A stretch of 54,517 nucleotides of DNA, filler included, from Sphacelaria rigidula (lineage: Eukaryota): assembly GCA_964200075.2 (NCBI GenBank). It is 5 parts of 5 records of this genome, joined end to end, with 100 filler letters (N's around TTAATTAATTAA, not from the genome) between each part and the next. Parts side by side here need not be neighbours in the genome. Positions count along the whole stretch, not along the records: positions 43,696 to 54,517 come from CAXNAA020005854.1; 4 more parts are not named here. The stretch is one strand, 5' to 3'. The translations under genes and the position numbers were made by a program. Below are positions 48,548 through 54,517 of the stretch, in pieces; the stretch's first letter is position 1, and the number at the start of each line of letters is the position of its first letter. Under the pieces are notes generated by a model. The model searched no databases, was not told the origin of the DNA, and saw only the letters and a program-made list of their open reading frames with translations.

Positions 48548-48891
48548 CTGCCCGTGCGCACGTTCCACAGCTGCAGAGCCCCTGCCTCCGACCCCACCAC
48601 AACCTTGTTGAGATACGTTGGGGGGTGTGCCAGGGCCGTTGGGACAAACCCGCCTTCTAGCGCGGCGTGACAAAGTGCTCCGTCGCCCTCCTCTTCGAAG
48701 TCTCCTCCAGAATCCTCTTTTCCTCGTTTGCTAGAGTCTTCGCGTTCGCGTTCTTCATCGCGCACGGAAACGAGGCTTGCCCGGCCTTCGCCTGTCGGCT
48801 TGTTGCGTCTCTTCTTCACGTTCCAAGTCTTGAGGTGTCCTTCGTCACAGAGGGACACTAGCACGTCGCCCAGGCAAAGCATAAAGCGCAC
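48548..48891 (-). CDS. UTP21: WDR36/UTP21 internal exon B
   Basis: CAG|GTGCGC acceptor; diagnostic ALAHPPTYLNKVVVGS...LQLWNVRTG; donor GGCAG|GTGCT; 344 nt, phase 0 to 2. Confidence 0.95.
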
Positions 48892-50847
48892 CTGGTGCGG
48901 AGACGGAAGGGATGGTGAAGTGGTGAAGACAATAGCGTCAGGGTAGAGCTAGTGACGCGCGGTGTGTTCAATAAGTTGCGCCAGTACGCCATGTAGACAA
49001 AGCATAAAGCATGGTGGGCGCGGAGAGTGGTACTCTAGTCAAGTAATAAGTTGGTTCGGGGATCTGGGCCAGCATTTGGGTTGAGATTCACGCAGTCCGT
49101 GCGTCACGTAGACTGCACGAGCATAAAATAGCGCACGTGGGAAAGACACCCTTAAGAATCAGGGGGAACAGATGAGTTGCGCTGAGGGGTGCTCGTGCTC
49201 ACAGTACGCAACACCACACCGAGGTTGTGTTACGGCTGTGACCATGCCATGCACCAAAAGGCGCAAGACACTGTATTTTTTAGACACAAAAATACAAATC
49301 CTGTACTACAATAGTATAGTATCTTCGTTGCTACCAAAAGCGCTCCAAAAAGGCAAAGAAAACACAACAGTTATGTGCATGTGTGTTTGCATCCTATGAG
49401 TAGAAAATGATCGCAAGAGTTGTACGTGAAATAGATGCTGCAAGGCCGGATAGGCAATCAATGAGAGGCTCAAGTGCATACTTGTTTTGCAATTCTCTGT
49501 CCGGAAGCAATCTAATGGTGCTTCAACCCTTTCGGGACCCACCCTTTGTTCATACTAGATGAGTGTGGTGTTGACATTATATTTTTTTCATTCTCCAGTG
49601 GGCGGAGCGATGAAGCAGCCGGAGACCAAAAACAGGCAGTCTTCGTGTCGCTCAGGCAGGAGAAGCGTGACACGAGGGGACCACGCCCCTATACAATAAT
49701 CAAGTAATCCGAAAGAGAGAGGGGTAAGCAAAGCACCCTAGTAGTGTTCTGGCGATATGAGTCCTTGCGGAGTAAAGACTACTTGACTTTTGTTCAGAAA
49801 ACACTTTGAAATTTGCTGGGCTTGTTCATCACGTGAGTTTAGATTACGGCAAACATCACCGACAAACGGCCCACCCTGTCAGACACAACGCGTCCAACTT
49901 CTCAACACCAACATGCACCAGGGAGATTCGGTGAACCGAGGGCACGCAACGACGGTCATAGGTAACACTGGGAGAGAGGCTGACACTCCTCCTCAACCCC
50001 TCCAGCAACGGCTTGCAGAAGCGTGATCGGGGACACACCACACGCCGCCAGCAACAACTACACACTGACTGGTGCGCACAAGGGCCAGCAGATCTCTCGG
50101 CATGTATACTGTTTTGTGCACAGTACGCTCGTTGCTGGCCATCACCCCCCAATAGATGCCGTTGCTGTCCTGACGTTGAGCGTGGAGATACGTCCCTCGA
50201 CTACAGCGTTAGATTCAGATGGATATGCCTCTCTACTGTGCGGTGCGGTGTGATACTTTGCTGCGCTACTCTCTACTGCCGTTGTACTAAGTGTACTGCT
50301 GCAGTTATGACTGTGACCAGCGAGGTACGCATGCGGAAGCTGCACACTTTTGAGACTCCTCAACTCTGAACGTGCGCGTGATTTCGATAATGTGGGTCAC
50401 CACCTAAACTAGCGACCAGCCAGGAAAACGCGGAAGGGTTCAGAATTGTTGCTACTCCAGGCATTTCGGACAAAGCAGATGCTCTCGTTTTTGTTTTTGA
50501 GAATGTTCTTGTTGGGAAATGAAGAAAATGGTCGAGAAAATCGAATCTGCAGATTAGCACGGCGTGGGGTGGAAAATGCCACAAGCTCAACCCTTCTGGA
50601 ACCGTTGATGGAAAAGTGATGATTTACAATTGACGTTTTCTTGAGCAAGGTATGTTTGTTTTTCTGCAAGTGTTGATCATCATGATCATCATGCAGCCCA
50701 CCAAAGCGGTGCACCACTCCAAGTTCAAGTATATCAATGTTGACATATAGGAGTTTGTTGACATATGGGAGTTTGCAAACCGTCACTTTTCCATCAAGGG
50801 TTCCAAAAGGGTTAACACAAGACCGAGCGGACTCAGTTCTCTCTTAC

Positions 50848-51018
50848 CGTGCCGGGGTGAGAGCCGAGCTTCCCCAGACACGTCAATCGTTTCCACTGCA
50901 GCACGTCACAGCCCGATCCGACCAAAACATGTTCATTGCCCCAGGTCTCCAGGCACGTGATGCGCTTGCTCATAGGCGGGGATACCAGCACCACTCGCAA
51001 ATGATCGCACCTATAAAT
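50848..51018 (-). CDS. UTP21: WDR36/UTP21 exon A (near the N-terminus; first exon not in window)
   Basis: TTTCAG|ATT acceptor; IYRCDHLRVVLVSPPMSKRITCLETWG...GKLGSHPGT; donor ACG|GTAAG; 171 nt, phase 0 to 0. Confidence 0.88.
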
Positions 51019-54000
51019 CTGAAATAGGGAAGCACAGCAGCAGCGGAGCGATAACACGAGGCGGTTCACCATGTGCGACAGATTCACACATATTTTATGG
51101 TCACGTCGTGCAGTTTGAGGCAATTGCTGTGCTATTATAGCATGTTCTCGAAGTCAGCAGACGTGGGGCTATTGCTGTAGCTCCTGACGACCGTGGTTGA
51201 CATCGCTCGGAGCTGCATCACTATGTTGAGTGTATCGTATTGTACTGCACTTCTCGGCATGATGTCTGATGCTGCAGAAAAGGTTGAGAGCTGGGGTCAA
51301 CGATGGGAACAGGTTGTACCCGAGGCAGCTCTCGGAAGGTCAGTTCAGGGGTATATAGACGACACTGCCTCTGACGTTGGAGAGTCAGTACTTTACTGCC
51401 GACTTGCACGCCTTGCGTGTAAGAGCTCAGATAAAACATCAAGGGGCAACGGTCCCACTTGTGACTAGCAACAGCAAAGATTGCACCCACACAGCCAGCG
51501 CCAGTGGGCACATGAGCTGGCTACAGCATCACCAATATATAATAAATACCCTTCTACGATACATATATATAGCAAAGGCTTCAAACGGTGAACGTTCGGC
51601 AGTTACGGGAGATGACACCCCCTGGGTAACACTTTCCTGTCTTCAACTTCAATATAATCAGCGGGAAACACTCCAATCTGTCAAAATGTCCTGTGTACAA
51701 ACCCCTCGAATACAGGATTTTTACTCGCTAGTGTCCCTTCATCCATGTCGTACACACGCATAAAACCGAGTCATATCAAAGGATCGACGATGGATGTCAA
51801 CGATGGAAATGCTCGCGAAGTGTACAAAAACGCTGACGTTACTTCTTGAAGACATCCGGCTGGCTGCCACCCGGACAGCGTACAATCTGGAGTTGAAAAG
51901 TCTATTACAACCACGTGAAGAGATTGCGGGGAAAAGGACAACGCCGGCAGTCGATCCAACCGTCTTCCGAAAGGCGATCGCATATATAACTCTCGCTGTA
52001 CTGCCTAGCGTCAACTCTTACAGCACACTGGTGTGGAGCTTGTTGGTAGTTAGTCATTGTTGAAACCCAACATTGTGCTGATGAGCGCCGCGAACTAATG
52101 CGAAAGTTCATGGCCGTTGCTATCGTCTTCACCTTGATCGATCTATTTACGGCAGGGCTAACTTGAACATATTGCATCAGGACTGCAAGCAGAGGTGGCT
52201 ATGGTTCTCAAATAAGCAGAGCAAGTAGGATCCCTTACTTGATATGTGAGCTGAGAGATCGCCCACTCTGTGAGGAGGATCACACCTTTGCTGCACTTCG
52301 TATTTTCGGACAATAAATATATGACAGAAACATCCGGACCAGCGGTCAAATGAAGTGAATTGGCGATGTTAATGTGTTGATTTTGGGGTCATTTTCGATT
52401 GTACCGAGCCCTGAGGCTGAACAGAAAAAGTGCTCTAAACTTGCAAGTGAACGGTAACCTTGTGTAGCTCGGGATGTGAGCGCACCAAGTGCCTACTTTG
52501 ATTTTTGGACCGACACTATATGGCCTCGAGAATCGGAGTCGGAAAGGTAACCTTTCTCCCGTCTTGAGGCTTATTTTTTTGGTAACGCGATTTTTTTTTT
52601 GGGTCGTTTCATGTTTTGGGGCTCGGGAAACACGCACAGCCTTGGGGAAAACGGATATACATGTAATGCACAGACCATGATGAATCAATTCCAAAGATTT
52701 ATGGGATTACTGTAAATTCATGCCGCGAGTGAAACAACGCGCACGTTGGGAAACCCTACACATACCGTGACATCGAAGTGTACTTGACTGATAACAGCCT
52801 TCGTACGCAACCTGCAGCCCACACTGTACGAGGTTGTGCGGGCATTGAAATACGACAAGAAGACTGGTCAACAGAATTTAAGCTCCCCATAAGTCCATAA
52901 ATGTCGTCATGTCTTCCTCACGCGCAACATACAGCAAAAATTTGCACCGAAAGTGTTCTATGAAACCTATAGAGAGCTCGGATTCGCCGGCAGGAGTCAT
53001 GTGCGGCGAAACGGCCGCGGTTATCATGTTCCATTTGGTGAACGTTTCAGCCGTATCTCCTATGCCTCAACAACAAAGTTCATGATATATCTACTGACAC
53101 AGCACCTCATGAAACAACTCAACTTGCTGTGTGTAGGTGAGACACATACACAACAGACAGTGCGTCAAGTTTCACCGTGATTCGCCGTTGCTGCAAATGA
53201 AAAGCTAGGGTGAGACGAAAGTATGAACAGCGAACATCACATCATTTTGCGAGGAGAAAAACTCACTCTTCGGCTGGAAAGATGGCTGTTCGCATGCCCT
53301 ACTGTTGTTTGGGTGAAAGTATATGTTAGACCGTCTTTTATGGGGACCAAGCCCAAATCTGAAGGGACCGCAATATGTGCCAAATTGGGGGGGCTCGGAT
53401 TCGCAAAAACTCAGATCCGCGTTCACCCCATCATGGCTTCACAGATTTGTTTAAATAGGTCCGTACACGGAGGGTCATTTTCTGCGGGGGTGTGGAATCA
53501 CGGTGTGCAATAGTATAGTAGTGAAGTCGAAGAACAGGCAGGCAGTGAATCATCCTTCAAGAGCAGCGTCTTACTGTAGTACCCTCGGGTATAATGCAGT
53601 GCATACACTCCACCATCACAGTACACGATTATGCGGTGTGGTAATACATGATGGTACGGTCGGTATTGCGAGAGCAGAGCACAGTGTGCGACAAGAGTTC
53701 ACGAGTGCAGTGCCATTCATCACCCTGCAAGTACAGCGACGGCAGAGAGTAGGACAGTACAGTTCCGTTCGTCATAATGATACATACAGCAGCGCAGTGC
53801 AGCATAATATCTTACCATCGCCAGGGTACGGCGTCAACACTTCTTATCCGCTTGTCAAACCCCGTGCGAAGCTGCTCCAGCAGTTGGTGCAGGCAGGCAC
53901 AGCCTATGCTGTCACGAGACTGTCTGCTGCTGCGGTTGCAATAATATCAAACGCCTGTTGCCGTATCAACGTACATCACTGTACGTACGTCAGTTCTTAC

Positions 54001-54271
54001 AGATTGGGTGTATTCAGTATGAATACGAGGTTTGTGTTGGCGGATGACGAATTATAAGGGATGTACTCTGGCGTATGCCGAAGTTGAAATAAGATATAAG
54101 GGATCGCGTATCCAAGGCGCAAACGCCGCAGAGTTGGTTCAAGCGGGCAAGACTGGTCTGGTGCAAGAGCACCGAAGAAGCAAACAGTATCACTCGAGAC
54201 CAGTTGACCAGTCAGCGACACGCCAGCAGTCTCAGTAGTACAGTATTCCCTGGCACTTGATCGATTTTACA

Positions 54272-54517
54272 ATGGACAACACACCAACATCGGGAGCAGC
54301 AGCAGCAGCGGGAGGAGCAGCTTCGCAAAGCCAAGGCCAACACCCCCACAGCACAGCAGGAGCTCGAGCATCGGCAGGGGCAAAAGAAGGAAGGACCGCA
54401 GGAAGGGAACCACGCCGAGCCTCGGCACCACAAGCCGGAGGCACGCACAGCAACCCGATCTCCGTCAACCAGCATGCCCGCCCGCAAGGCAGTGCAGGCC
54501 AGTTAAACAACGACGTA
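54272..54517 (+). CDS. possible ORF start running off the contig end (low complexity, unidentified)
   Basis: ATG at 54272 is open to the end (MDNTPTSGAAAAAGGAASQSQG...). The other plus frames are also largely open, so the frame is uncertain. Confidence 0.25.
   Translation, partial: MDNTPTSGAAAAAGGAASQSQGQHPHSTAGARASAGAKEGRTAGREPRRASAPQAGGTHSNPISVNQHARPQGSAGQLNNDV

Overview
Eukaryotic, intron-rich, repeat-dense DNA, most likely from a brown alga (Phaeophyceae). That assignment is inferred from a stramenopile-type bZIP, GT-AG introns, TTAGGG-like motifs and an Ectocarpus-like LINE 3' end. The window is not one locus. It consists of five contigs of 10,825, 10,824, 10,823, 10,823 and 10,822 bp joined by identical 100-nt N44-TTAATTAATTAA-N44 linkers, i.e. 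a size-sorted concatenation, so no synteny can be inferred across the gaps. All supported genes are on the minus strand: (1) a complete two-exon double-bZIP transcription factor (19189-18374 + 14484-13597, about 567 aa); (2) part of a multi-transmembrane protein with a long disordered linker running into a TKL/Raf-like kinase G-loop; (3) four phase-consistent exons of WDR36/UTP21; (4) the first exon of an orphan with a coiled coil and a SAP-like motif; (5) the last two exons of an unidentified protein. The rest is mostly transposon debris: two tRNA-derived SINE families, a 5'-truncated LINE, and Tc1/mariner-, hAT- and Ginger-like MITEs. There are also several fold-back elements, a 26/28-bp dimeric tandem array and microsatellites. 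No prokaryotic system, CRISPR array or intact autonomous transposon was found. The best candidates for something new are the putative TM-kinase fusion, the double bZIP, and an inverted SINE pair around a frame-shifting WDR36 exon.
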